Shown piece after piece: positions 18,598 to 27,848 of a DNA stretch of 32,000 nucleotides. Positions within the stretch are counted from its first letter, which is position 1. Each line of letters opens with the position of its first letter. A program made the position numbers and the translations under genes. The stretch is from Candidatus Babelota bacterium (GTDB lineage: Bacteria; Babelota; Babeliae; Babelales; Vermiphilaceae): NCBI GenBank assembly GCA_039809905.1, contig JBDHVY010000001.1:780001-812000 (forward strand), in the 5' to 3' direction. The notes beneath the pieces were generated by a model. The model was given only the letters and a program-made list of their open reading frames with translations. It did not search any database and was not told where the DNA came from.

Positions 18598-20547
18598 TTA
18601 TAATCGCCTTCGAAACTTCTTTTCAATTTCAGGTAATGATAAAAGCCATCCCGTAGGACGTCCGTGAGGGCATGAAAAACGATTCGGAGTTTTTTCTAGA
18701 TCTGATAATAATTGATTCATCTTTTCTTGTGTAAGAATATCGCCGGCTTTGACAGCAGCTTTACACGCCATTTGTGCTTGTAGTTTATGATTGATTGTTT
18801 TTTTAAATTCATTTGCATCAAGCGATTGGCACTCAATGATCCAGGAAATTGCTTCTTTAATAATATCGGTAAGAGATTCATTTTTTAAGTGCACGGGAAG
18901 TGATTGGATAATCAATTGATCACTTGCGCACTGTTCTATCAAGATGCCGTGTTGAATAAATATATCAAGATGTGGAATTATGGTATCCATATCGTTACTA
19001 TTGAGTGTGATGATATGAGGAAAAAGCAATTGAATTGTTGCAACTTCATGAAAACGTTGTGAAAATAACTCATACAAAATACGTTCATGTGCTGCGTGTT
19101 GATCTACTAAAAATAATCCGTCTTCTTTTTCAACCAACAAGTATGTATTATTGTATTGGCCGATAAGACGTCCTTGTTCCTGGCTTGGCAGGGCAAAAGT
19201 TGGTTGATCATAGGTTTCTAATTTAGTTTCATGTGAAGAGATATTTGTGTTTGTATCCTTTAACCCCCAGCTTCGTTTGTCTTCGCCGAGGTCACTCGGT
19301 GAGGGAAATAGGAGGGTGTCGCTCATTACAAATGGGTTCTGGATGTTCGATTCTGATTGTTGCAATTCTTTGCGCTCATCCTGGACTTGTTGAAAGATAA
19401 AGCGCTCTGATTGTTCAATCTTATTTTTCCCGTTCGCATTGAGCGTGTCGAAATGAGTGAATGTTCCAAAAGTAGGTTCGAATGGCTTAAAATTCTGCAT
19501 CTGTTCTGCATAAATGTTTTGTTCTGATTTAAATGTTACATCCTTTTTCAAATGCTTCGATAAATTATCTTCTAAAGCTTTTTTTACGGTTTGTTGCATT
19601 ATCTGTTCCACGCGGCGTGGATGAAGAAATTTAACTTCTTCTTTGCGAGGATGAATATTAATATCAACTTCATGCGTAGGTATGGTAATATGTATGATGC
19701 CAATCGGATATCGGCCATTAGGTATAACGTTTGCATATCCTTTGATAAGTGCGCTGCTTAAATGCTGATTTTTTACCCATCGTTTATTAACAAAAAAATA
19801 AATATTGCTGCGATCATAGCGGTAATTCTGATGATCAGAAATAATAGCATGCAATGAAATATCGCCTGTTACTGATGTTTCAAGAAGATGTTTGTGCATG
19901 GCAGGTTCAAAAAGTTGTAATGCACGGTTTTTTACATTAGCGCTGATGGGGCAATTATGAATCTGTTTGCCTTCAGAAAATAAAGTAAAATGAATATGGG
20001 GATAATCAAAACAAAAAGCGTTAAAAAGAAGCTGAATAGCGCGCCATTCGGTTTGTGTTGCTTTTAAAAATTTTTTACGAGCAGGAACATTAAAAAATAA
20101 ATCGATAATGCTGATATCAGTTCCTGTTGCACACGCAGCTGAACTAATCTGCATTGTTGTATTAGGTTCACTTATAATACATGTTCCTTCCACGTTCTGT
20201 TCTTCTTTTGTCAGCAAGTTAATTTTACTGACTGATGCAATGCTTGCAAGAGCTTCACCACGAAACCCAAAGGTATCAACAGTTTGTAATTCATCAACAG
20301 AAGTGATTTTGCTTGTTGCATGCCGATCAAAACATTTTTGTGCGTCGATAGTATCCATGCCACACCCATTATCAACAACACGAATTAATTGTTTTCCGCC
20401 ATCTTCTATGTAGATGGTAATACGTGTTGCATGAGCATCAATGGAGTTTTCAACTAATTCTTTTACGATGTTTGCAGGGCGTTCAACAACTTCTCCCGCT
20501 GCAATTTTTTGTGCTTCATGTGCTGATAATTGTTTTATTTTAGGCAT
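18598..20547 (-). CDS. mutL: DNA mismatch repair protein MutL
   Basis: KIAAGEVVERPANIVKELVENSIDAHATRI, DNGCGM, DTFGFRGEALASIASVSK, NVPARKKFLK, C-terminal ACKAAVKAGD and CPHGRPT; DNA confirms minus strand (CAT at 20545-20547). Confidence 0.97.
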   Translation of the reverse strand: MPKIKQLSAHEAQKIAAGEVVERPANIVKELVENSIDAHATRITIYIEDGGKQLIRVVDNGCGMDTIDAQKCFDRHATSKITSVDELQTVDTFGFRGEALASIASVSKINLLTKEEQNVEGTCIISEPNTTMQISSAACATGTDISIIDLFFNVPARKKFLKATQTEWRAIQLLFNAFCFDYPHIHFTLFSEGKQIHNCPISANVKNRALQLFEPAMHKHLLETSVTGDISLHAIISDHQNYRYDRSNIYFFVNKRWVKNQHLSSALIKGYANVIPNGRYPIGIIHITIPTHEVDINIHPRKEEVKFLHPRRVEQIMQQTVKKALEDNLSKHLKKDVTFKSEQNIYAEQMQNFKPFEPTFGTFTHFDTLNANGKNKIEQSERFIFQQVQDERKELQQSESNIQNPFVMSDTLLFPSPSDLGEDKRSWGLKDTNTNISSHETKLETYDQPTFALPSQEQGRLIGQYNNTYLLVEKEDGLFLVDQHAAHERILYELFSQRFHEVATIQLLFPHIITLNSNDMDTIIPHLDIFIQHGILIEQCASDQLIIQSLPVHLKNESLTDIIKEAISWIIECQSLDANEFKKTINHKLQAQMACKAAVKAGDILTQEKMNQLLSDLEKTPNRFSCPHGRPTGWLLSLPEIEKKFRRRL

Positions 20548-20604
20548 GGTGTTTTCAAAAGTTAAGGTAACATATTAATTATTTTTCATCATATCACATT
20601 TTGT

Positions 20605-20668
20605 TATATACGAATAAAAAAAATAACCCCCACTTAATGGTAGGGGTTATTTTTTTATTTCGTATATA
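20605..20668. terminator. Strong, probably bidirectional rho-independent terminator
   Basis: 26-nt arms TATATACGAATAAAAAAAATAACCCC / GGGGTTATTTTTTTATTTCGTATATA with a 12-nt loop. Confidence 0.9.
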
Positions 20669-20757
20669 TTTTTTCTGTGCTGCCTTTGAGAATTGCAGCA
20701 TGATTTTCTGGTGCGATTTATCGAGCTGATTTTCTGTGAATCTGTTTTAGTCAGTTA

Positions 20758-21081
20758 CTATGATTTTTGATAAGGAAACTTCTTTTTTAGGTCTTGTAAA
20801 TCTTTAGCTTGTTCTGCTTTTAGCTGTTGTAGTGTTTCTGGTGAATATGCCTCAGCTAAGAAATTCAGACGCTCAATATCGGAGTTTATTTCTAATGCTT
20901 GAACTAGTACTAGAGTATTAAAGTCTTGAAACTGTTGGATATGTTTTTGCTTTAAAGCGTTTTTTTGTTCTTTATAGTCGTTTGCATGAAGGTGATTTTT
21001 CGGAAATCCAAGATCCATCGCATAAGTATTGTAACTTAGTATTAGCAGACTAAGGTAAAAAACATGTTTTATAGTATTCAT
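20758..21081 (-). CDS. Small secreted helical protein, unknown
   Basis: 107 aa, signal peptide MNTIKHVFYLSLLILSYNTYA, terminator-like hairpin downstream. Confidence 0.6.
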   Translation of the reverse strand: MNTIKHVFYLSLLILSYNTYAMDLGFPKNHLHANDYKEQKNALKQKHIQQFQDFNTLVLVQALEINSDIERLNFLAEAYSPETLQQLKAEQAKDLQDLKKKFPYQKS

Positions 21082-21322
21082 ATGGCCTCGTTTTTATTAT
21101 TATTTTTATACTGATCTTATCTGTCATGATAATACAATTTGAAAAAAAGTCAAAATATTGAATTAAGGGAGCTTTTTTGATACAAAATTTTCATGGGAAG
21201 CGACATTTGTGGGTGTTTTGTGGCATCAGGAGTATTCGGCAGAAAAAAAAGATTTTTTGCCTTTAAATGTAAAAATCTTCATTCTTAGTAGAACAGAAGT
21301 CTTTTGTTATTTGAGGAATAGT

Positions 21323-21874
21323 ATGCATACACAAAATATATTATTATTAGAGCTTTTGGCTAATTATCATCCAATTGATACTGCAGAACAAGAATATAAA
21401 AAAAGAATTATTGATTTTCTTAATAATTATCCTAATGCGTTCGAGCGTTCGTTGGAAGTAGGTCATATTACTGCATCGGCATGGTTGATAAATAAAGATA
21501 ATACCAAAGCATTGTTGATGCATCATCGTAAACTGAACATTTGGGTACAACTTGGTGGCCATTGTGATGGCAATACTGATGCACTGGCTGTTGCAATAAA
21601 AGAGGCGCAAGAAGAATCAGGAATAGCGAATATACAGCAGATGAAAGCTGGTATTTTCGATATAGATATTCACCTTATTCCCGAAAATAAAAAAGAAAAA
21701 GCACATTATCATTATGATATTCGTTTTTTGCTGCAAGTTATAAGTGATGAAGATTTTGTAGCAAATGAAGAATCGAACGCGTTGGCATGGATTGATAAAA
21801 ATAAAGATGCATTGCCTACTCAGGAACGATCGGTAACGCGTATGTTTGATAAGTGGACTATGGTAGAGTTATAA
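21323..21874 (+). CDS. Nudix hydrolase
   Basis: Nudix-box-like GGHCDGNTDALAVAIKEAQEESGI; internal start MHTQNILL preferred over the GTG at 21209. Confidence 0.8.
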   Translation: MHTQNILLLELLANYHPIDTAEQEYKKRIIDFLNNYPNAFERSLEVGHITASAWLINKDNTKALLMHHRKLNIWVQLGGHCDGNTDALAVAIKEAQEESGIANIQQMKAGIFDIDIHLIPENKKEKAHYHYDIRFLLQVISDEDFVANEESNALAWIDKNKDALPTQERSVTRMFDKWTMVEL

Positions 21875-21893
21875 AAATAATTCTACCATAGTC
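21856..21893. terminator. 17-bp hairpin overlapping the Nudix stop codon
   Basis: GACTATGGTAGAGTTAT-aaaa-ATAATTCTACCATAGTC, one G.T pair; no T-run. Confidence 0.5.
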
Positions 21894-21923
21894 GATAAAG
21901 TTCATAAGAATATGAAACAATTT

Positions 21924-22325
21924 TTATACAGCACGATACCGAGGTTGAGTTTCTTGTATTGTTTTTACAAGAGCATACCTTTCTTGGCGATCACCTGCAG
22001 GAGCCCCAGAATTCCAGCTCAATACACCAAAGCTTGAAACGGCTAGCCCACTGCAAGCTGTAAAAACATTGTTTTGCAAGCTTGGATTATCTTTACCAAT
22101 ACCCAATGAAATAACCATTCCGACGACACTTGCAACAGTAACCACCGTAGCCATTTGCGATACTGTCCATTGATTATCCATGCTCTCTAATGCTTGTTGC
22201 GCGATTTTCATTTTAGCTAATGCAAATTTTTCTGGATTTTGATCAAGATTTATCTTTTCGGAACTTTCGCTGTAAGAATTAACGAAATTAATCGCTAAAA
22301 TTATCGCAAGAAAATTTTTGTACAT
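21924..22325 (-). CDS. Small membrane-associated or secreted protein, unknown
   Basis: 133 aa, signal-like N-terminus and hydrophobic segment VATVVTVASVVGMVISLGIG. Confidence 0.6.
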   Translation of the reverse strand: MYKNFLAIILAINFVNSYSESSEKINLDQNPEKFALAKMKIAQQALESMDNQWTVSQMATVVTVASVVGMVISLGIGKDNPSLQNNVFTACSGLAVSSFGVLSWNSGAPAGDRQERYALVKTIQETQPRYRAV

Positions 22326-22519
22326 TCTTATGCCTTTTGTAGTATTAAAAAATAAATGTTTATTTACTTTAAATTAGTGTAGATATTAAAAATTTTTTCT
22401 CAAATAATATAATTTTTTTTTGAAGCGATATGTTTAAGTGTGTTTTTTGATGATTATGATACGATGAAAAGCATTATTAATAAATAACTAATATCGATAT
22501 ATAAAAAAATTGGCATGTT

Positions 22520-23935
22520 ATGAAAAATGTAACAATAATTCTTTTTGGTGCAACGGGAGATTTAAGCAAACGCAAAATAATACCAGCATTATATCGTTTT
22601 GTGGCACACAATAAATTAGAAAATTTTGCTATTGTTGGAGCAGCATTTGATGATGTTGCCGCTGAAGATATGATAAATGGGGCGCAGCCATTCGTTGAAA
22701 ATGGTGATGAAAAAATATGGAATCTGTTGCGTAACAATAGTTTTTATAAAAAAATTAATTTTACTGAACATGCTCACTATCAAAACTTATATACTTTTGT
22801 GCAGGATTGTGAGCGTAGTAGGGGCATGGATGAGCAAGGATTAAATCGGTTATTTTATTTAGCAACAGCGGCATCTTTTTTTTGTCCTATTACCCATAAG
22901 TGTGCAGATGTTGGCTTATTGCAGCGTAAAGATGCCCGAGATAATGGCTGGCATAGAGTTGTGTATGAAAAACCATTTGGATATGATTTAAAATCAGCAC
23001 GAGAAATTAATGAATGTATTAAAAATACTATTAATGAAACACAAGTTTATCGTATTGACCATTATCTTACCAAAGAAGTAGTCAGTAATATTGCCATGAT
23101 TCGTTTTACCAATTGTGTATTGGAACCATTATGGTCAAACAGATATATCGATCAAGTACAAATTGTTTTAAGCGAAAGTGGTGGAGTTGAAGGTCGTGGA
23201 ATGTATTATGATACTGCCGGTGCACTGCGCGATATTGTACAAAATCATATATTAGAGATGCTTGCTCTATTATGCATGGAATCTCCTGAAAAATTAACGG
23301 GTGATTATATCCGTGCACAGCGCGTTAATGTGTTAGAAAAAGTACGTTTTATTGATGGTATTTTAGGGCAGTATGATGGTTATTTATCCGAAAAACACGT
23401 GAGTGAAAATTCACGAACTGATACATATGCATCATTAAAGCTTGCAGTTGATACTCCGCGCTGGTTGGGTGTGCCGTTTTACGTAAAGACGGGTAAGTGT
23501 TTAGATAAAAAAGAAACAATTATTCATATTAAATTCAAGCAAGTTGATTGTTTGCTTATGCGCGGATGTCCTACTGATTCTAATTGGTTAACTCTACAAA
23601 TTTCTCCTGAGGCAATATTTTCATTAACACTGAATGCAAAAGTGCCGGGAACGCCTGATCAGGTGATGCCCGTTGAAATGGAATTTTGTCATAGTTGTAT
23701 TTATGGATTACAAACACCAGAAGCATACGAAGTATTGATTGAAGAAGTGATGCGGGGAGAACAATCGATTTCTGTTAGATTTGATGAAATTGAATACGCA
23801 TGGAAATTGATTGATACAATTATTGCACAAAAATTACCGGTATATCGATACACTCAAGGATCTACTGGGCCACAAGAAGAGAAGCAATTTGTTGCTAAGC
23901 ATGGGATAGCAAAAGTTGCTACAGTGAAGCGATAG
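22520..23935 (+). CDS. zwf: Glucose-6-phosphate 1-dehydrogenase
   Basis: FGATGDLSKRKIIPALY, EKPFGYDLKSA, RIDHYLTKE motifs. Confidence 0.95.
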   Translation: MKNVTIILFGATGDLSKRKIIPALYRFVAHNKLENFAIVGAAFDDVAAEDMINGAQPFVENGDEKIWNLLRNNSFYKKINFTEHAHYQNLYTFVQDCERSRGMDEQGLNRLFYLATAASFFCPITHKCADVGLLQRKDARDNGWHRVVYEKPFGYDLKSAREINECIKNTINETQVYRIDHYLTKEVVSNIAMIRFTNCVLEPLWSNRYIDQVQIVLSESGGVEGRGMYYDTAGALRDIVQNHILEMLALLCMESPEKLTGDYIRAQRVNVLEKVRFIDGILGQYDGYLSEKHVSENSRTDTYASLKLAVDTPRWLGVPFYVKTGKCLDKKETIIHIKFKQVDCLLMRGCPTDSNWLTLQISPEAIFSLTLNAKVPGTPDQVMPVEMEFCHSCIYGLQTPEAYEVLIEEVMRGEQSISVRFDEIEYAWKLIDTIIAQKLPVYRYTQGSTGPQEEKQFVAKHGIAKVATVKR

Positions 23936-23969
23936 TTTGTAAAAATAGAGATTAAAAAACTTTTTTAAT

Positions 23970-24004
23970 GGGTCCCTAGTCGGAATAAAATAAAGACTGG
24001 GGTT
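23970..24004 (+). repeat. Palindromic element copy 4: GGGTCCCTAGTC-13 nt-GACTGGGGTT
   Basis: Arms 23974-23981 and 23995-24002 (one T.G wobble), loop ggaataaaataaa; ends 8 bp before the gnd ATG. Confidence 0.75.
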
Positions 24005-24011
24005 AAATGGT

Positions 24012-24932
24012 ATGGCGAACCTAAAAAAAATAAAATTTGCATTAGTGGGTTTAGGGAAAATGGGGCAAGCGCTTGCGTATCGTGCATTGCAAGCAGGTCA
24101 TGAAGTTTTTGGTTTTGATTTAAATGCTGATAACTGTGCTATTGCTGAACAAGCGGGTGTGCACATTGTCAAAAACATTGCTGATTTTGTGCACCATGAC
24201 ATTCATATTTTTTGGTTGCTGGTACCGCAAGGGCCTATTGTAGATACGGTTATTGCGCAATTGCAACCATTTCTGAATGCTGGAGATATTATTATTGATG
24301 GAGGCAATAGCAAATTTACTGATTCAATGAGACGTGCACAAGAGCTTGCATTACGGAGCATTTTTTTTATAGATTGTGGAACATCAGGTGGTGTGCATGG
24401 GCGTGAGAACGGTTTTTGTTTAATGGTAGGTGGACAAAAAGAAGCTTACGAAAAAATAGAACCATTATTGCAGTCTGTTGCAACACATGGTGGTTGTGCA
24501 TACGTGGGGCCTTCTGGTGCAGGGCATTATGTGAAAATGGTGCACAATGGTATAGAATACGGATTGCTGCAAGCATATGCTGAAGGGTTTCATTTACTCA
24601 AAAATGGTGAGTTTGAATCGGCGCATCTTGATCTTGAAGAAATTGCATCATTGTGGAATCATGGATCAGTTATTCGCTCATGGATTCTGGAATTAGTCGA
24701 AGATATTATGAAAGATGACCAAAATTTAGATGATATTTCAGGAAATATTGCTTCAACAGGAATGGGGCAATGGACGGTGGAAGCTGCGCATAAATCTGGT
24801 ATACCTGTTGATGTTATTGAAGAATCATTGAAAGTACGTGAATGGTCGGAAAAAACAGGGGGTAATTATGCTACTAAGGTTGTAGCAATGCTACGCAATA
24901 AATTTGGTGGGCATATGGTTACGAAAAAATAA
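24012..24932 (+). CDS. gnd: 6-phosphogluconate dehydrogenase, decarboxylating, short type
   Basis: VGLGKMGQALAYRALQAGHEV, IIIDGGNSKF, DCGTSGGVHGRENGFCLMVGG, VKMVHNGIEYGLLQAYAEG. Confidence 0.93.
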   Translation: MANLKKIKFALVGLGKMGQALAYRALQAGHEVFGFDLNADNCAIAEQAGVHIVKNIADFVHHDIHIFWLLVPQGPIVDTVIAQLQPFLNAGDIIIDGGNSKFTDSMRRAQELALRSIFFIDCGTSGGVHGRENGFCLMVGGQKEAYEKIEPLLQSVATHGGCAYVGPSGAGHYVKMVHNGIEYGLLQAYAEGFHLLKNGEFESAHLDLEEIASLWNHGSVIRSWILELVEDIMKDDQNLDDISGNIASTGMGQWTVEAAHKSGIPVDVIEESLKVREWSEKTGGNYATKVVAMLRNKFGGHMVTKK

Positions 24933-24938
24933 AGGATA

Positions 24939-25571
24939 GTGATGAAAATATTTGATATTAGTTGGCCAATTAGCAAAGCAACAACAGGATACAAAGATCG
25001 TTATATCGTTGGTATTGATGAAATAAAAAATTTCAATCGCGATGGCGTGCGAGAAACAGCTATTCATTTGAGTTCTCATTCGGGTACGCATGTTGATGCA
25101 CCATCTCATTTTTTGCGTGAAGGTAAAACTATTGATGAAATGCATCTTGATCGCTTGATTGGTGATTGTGTAGTGCTTGATATGACTACATGCGCTGAAC
25201 GCATTACACGTGATTGTTTGCTTGCGCATGATAATGAAATTGCTGAAGGCGGTATTATCCTGTTACGTACTACTAATAGTGATTTTTCTGCTACCGATAA
25301 ATTTAGTCCTCATTTTGTATATTTAGAGGCAAGTGGTGCTGCATATTTAGCAGAAAAAAAAGTAAAAGCAGTAGGTATTGATTATCTTGGTATTGAACAT
25401 AGCCAACCAGGCCATCCAACCCATGAAAATTTACTTAATGCGGATATTGTTATCGTTGAAGGATTGCGTTTACGGCATGTGCAGCCAGGAAGTTATTTTT
25501 TTGTGTGTTTGCCGCTTAATGTGATTGGTACTGAAGCAGCTCCTGCACGTGCGGTATTGATGGCGAAATAA
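24939..25571 (+). CDS. Cyclase/arylformamidase-family protein (KynB-like)
   Basis: HLSSHSGTHVDAPSHFLREGKTIDEMHLDRLIGDCVVLD and LRHVQPGSYFFVCLPLNVIGTEAAPARAVLM. Confidence 0.82.
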   Translation: MMKIFDISWPISKATTGYKDRYIVGIDEIKNFNRDGVRETAIHLSSHSGTHVDAPSHFLREGKTIDEMHLDRLIGDCVVLDMTTCAERITRDCLLAHDNEIAEGGIILLRTTNSDFSATDKFSPHFVYLEASGAAYLAEKKVKAVGIDYLGIEHSQPGHPTHENLLNADIVIVEGLRLRHVQPGSYFFVCLPLNVIGTEAAPARAVLMAK

Positions 25572-25625
25572 AAAGATTATTGCAAAGCTAATTTATAGTA
25601 AAAATCCTTGGGCCGATGTGATTTT

Positions 25626-27662
25626 TTAGCGTTTTTTTTGTAATTTTATTTCAATTTCTTTTGAAGATGGTGGATATATCGAGTCTAATTTTTGCATAAA
25701 ATATTCACCCCATGTTGATTTATTATCATCAATTGGTTTGGGCTTTACTGGTTTTTTAGGCCAACTTGGTTCCTGTTGTTTGTGTAAGAGTATCTTTTGT
25801 AAAGAGCCAGGCTTTTGGACATGAGTTGTTGTATCAACGGTGGATTCGAGTAACCTGATAATATCGGCTAAGTTTCTATTGGAATCTTCTTGAAAAGATA
25901 AAGATGTTTTTTGTTGTAAATAGCTCAATATTTCAGGGAGCATAAGATCATACAGCAAATCATTTATTTTAGGTGTAGATGCTTCTTGTTCGTAGATATT
26001 GCTAGCACGTAAGTTTTTAAATTTTTCAAATAAGGCTTCGCTCGTGGGATGTTTATCTTTTCCAAATGTTTCAATTTTTAATCGGTATGTTTTTTTATTA
26101 AAATTAAAATCGGCAGTTACCACATGATCATCAAAAGAAGAATATAAAATCATATTTTTAAGAGAAATGAGATTTTTATAATCATCTCCTAATCCTGATC
26201 CTTTGTAATCAAAACATTGCAATTCCTTCATTGCACAGAGGGTAAATCCCTTTTTTTTGTTGAATGATACAAAATTAGGGATGACAGAAGATAAGGTATC
26301 TTCAAATATAACTTTTTCGAAAATATGTAGAGAGGCAGAAGAAGGTATTGTAACGTACGGTTCCTGAAAGGAGCTACTTGATCTAACAGGAGAAACAATA
26401 GCTGTGTGAGCTTTAATTTTCATTGGTATACCAATATAATTAGGATATACAATAATTGTTTTGATAGCTTGATCAGTAAAATCCATTGTTTTATTTTCAA
26501 ATTCATGAGCTTTAACGAGAGAGTTAGTTACTATCTTTACGGATTTATCAACGGTAAAAGCATTAAATACTCCTGCGGCGGGGATATATACAAATGGTTG
26601 AGTAAAATCTAAAAAGCTTTTATTGGTAACTGTATTGACAATTGCAGCAATCGGATCCTTGATCCACGATTTTGTAGTGCGGTTTTGTTGTACAAATTGT
26701 GTAGGATTACCAAAAAAGCTTTCAGTTATTTTAAAAAAATAAGTAAAAGATTTTTCTGAATCATTGGTTGGTAGATCGGGGCTATAAGTAATATCTTCGT
26801 TAATACCTTGGGCTGAAACAATAAAATTAGTGTTGAGCTGAGATAATTGATCAGTTACTATTTTTTGATTATATCCTCCAGCATAACAAGAATTATAGTG
26901 CAAAAAAGAACAATTAATCTTTTCAAAAAGTGCTAAAAGGAGGAAAAAATCTTCGATTCTTAATCCGGCAATGCTTTTATTGGTCAGACCATGTCCTGTT
27001 AAATAAATATTCCAAGAGGGTGTATTAGACTCATGAGGAATAAGAAACGTAGATTCTATAGCTTTTATCATCGGCATCTTATTGTGTTGAGTGTTTTCCA
27101 GATAAGATACCAGCGTTGTAGGAGAAAAATTTTCTAGTCTTTTAAGGTTAGTAGTATCAAATCCGCATGCTTTCATTGTTTCATTACTATTATCAGGGGT
27201 AGCCGTAAACTGTGCCGTATAGCTTTTTGGTATAAAAAGCATAAAACTCGATTCGGAACAATCATAACAGTACCAGTCATTATTGGTTAAACCAAGTTGA
27301 TATAATAAGTTTTTAGAATAAAGAAAAGAACTACTTATTTGTGTGTGTTCGGCTAAGATATTTCGTGTATCAGAGCTACTCATTAAAGCTTGTGCGCAGA
27401 CATTATATACAATATTGCGAGATACCATAATAGGAAAATTTTTTTGAATGAGTGATGAAATAAAATTAATACCCATTGTTTGATTTTGGCTCGCTAGCTT
27501 TTCGTGACCAAGGCTATCTAATATCATCATAAGATCATAACACTGTTTAGTTCTTTGAGTTTTATGATGGAGTGTGTCTGTTGGAAGCATTGCGTTTATT
27601 TGGCTAAAAAGCAAAATAAAACTGAGCATCAAGCAGTATATACTTTTTTTAAATCTTAACAT
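25626..27662 (-). CDS. Secreted clan CD/caspase-like protease candidate, paralog A
   Basis: Signal peptide; NIYLTGHG ... SFLHYNSCYAGG His/Cys signature; minus strand confirmed (revcomp of 27662 starts ATGTTAAGATTTAAAAAAAGTATATAC). Confidence 0.65.
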   Translation of the reverse strand: MLRFKKSIYCLMLSFILLFSQINAMLPTDTLHHKTQRTKQCYDLMMILDSLGHEKLASQNQTMGINFISSLIQKNFPIMVSRNIVYNVCAQALMSSSDTRNILAEHTQISSSFLYSKNLLYQLGLTNNDWYCYDCSESSFMLFIPKSYTAQFTATPDNSNETMKACGFDTTNLKRLENFSPTTLVSYLENTQHNKMPMIKAIESTFLIPHESNTPSWNIYLTGHGLTNKSIAGLRIEDFFLLLALFEKINCSFLHYNSCYAGGYNQKIVTDQLSQLNTNFIVSAQGINEDITYSPDLPTNDSEKSFTYFFKITESFFGNPTQFVQQNRTTKSWIKDPIAAIVNTVTNKSFLDFTQPFVYIPAAGVFNAFTVDKSVKIVTNSLVKAHEFENKTMDFTDQAIKTIIVYPNYIGIPMKIKAHTAIVSPVRSSSSFQEPYVTIPSSASLHIFEKVIFEDTLSSVIPNFVSFNKKKGFTLCAMKELQCFDYKGSGLGDDYKNLISLKNMILYSSFDDHVVTADFNFNKKTYRLKIETFGKDKHPTSEALFEKFKNLRASNIYEQEASTPKINDLLYDLMLPEILSYLQQKTSLSFQEDSNRNLADIIRLLESTVDTTTHVQKPGSLQKILLHKQQEPSWPKKPVKPKPIDDNKSTWGEYFMQKLDSIYPPSSKEIEIKLQKKR

Positions 27663-27767
27663 TAAAGAATCCTATCTTTATCGCTGCATAACCCTATTTG
27701 AATATATTGTATTATTTTTAGAGTTATAATAGCAATTGTTTTAATAAGAGATAAAAGATCAGATTAA

Positions 27768-27817
27768 TTGTCCCCAGCATTGCTGGTTTTGGAGCATTTC
27801 TACAATATGTGTTCCAA
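27768..27817 (-). pseudogene. Relic of the 3' end of a DJ-1/PfpI-like gene
   Basis: Minus-strand reading LGTHIVEMLQNQQCWGQL versus FGTHIVELLQNQQRWG* at the end of 29981-30523. Confidence 0.8.
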
Positions 27818-27848
27818 GCAATAAAAAACGCTAACAAGGAAATGATAT

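Noticed and set aside
20108-20413. + strand ORF of 101 aa opposite mutL
   Set aside because: Falls wholly within the conserved ATPase-domain coding region of mutL; best explained as shadow ORF.
24891-25229. Minus ORF of 112 aa opposite gnd/cyclase
   Set aside because: Antisense to two recognisable conserved proteins with no supporting signal.
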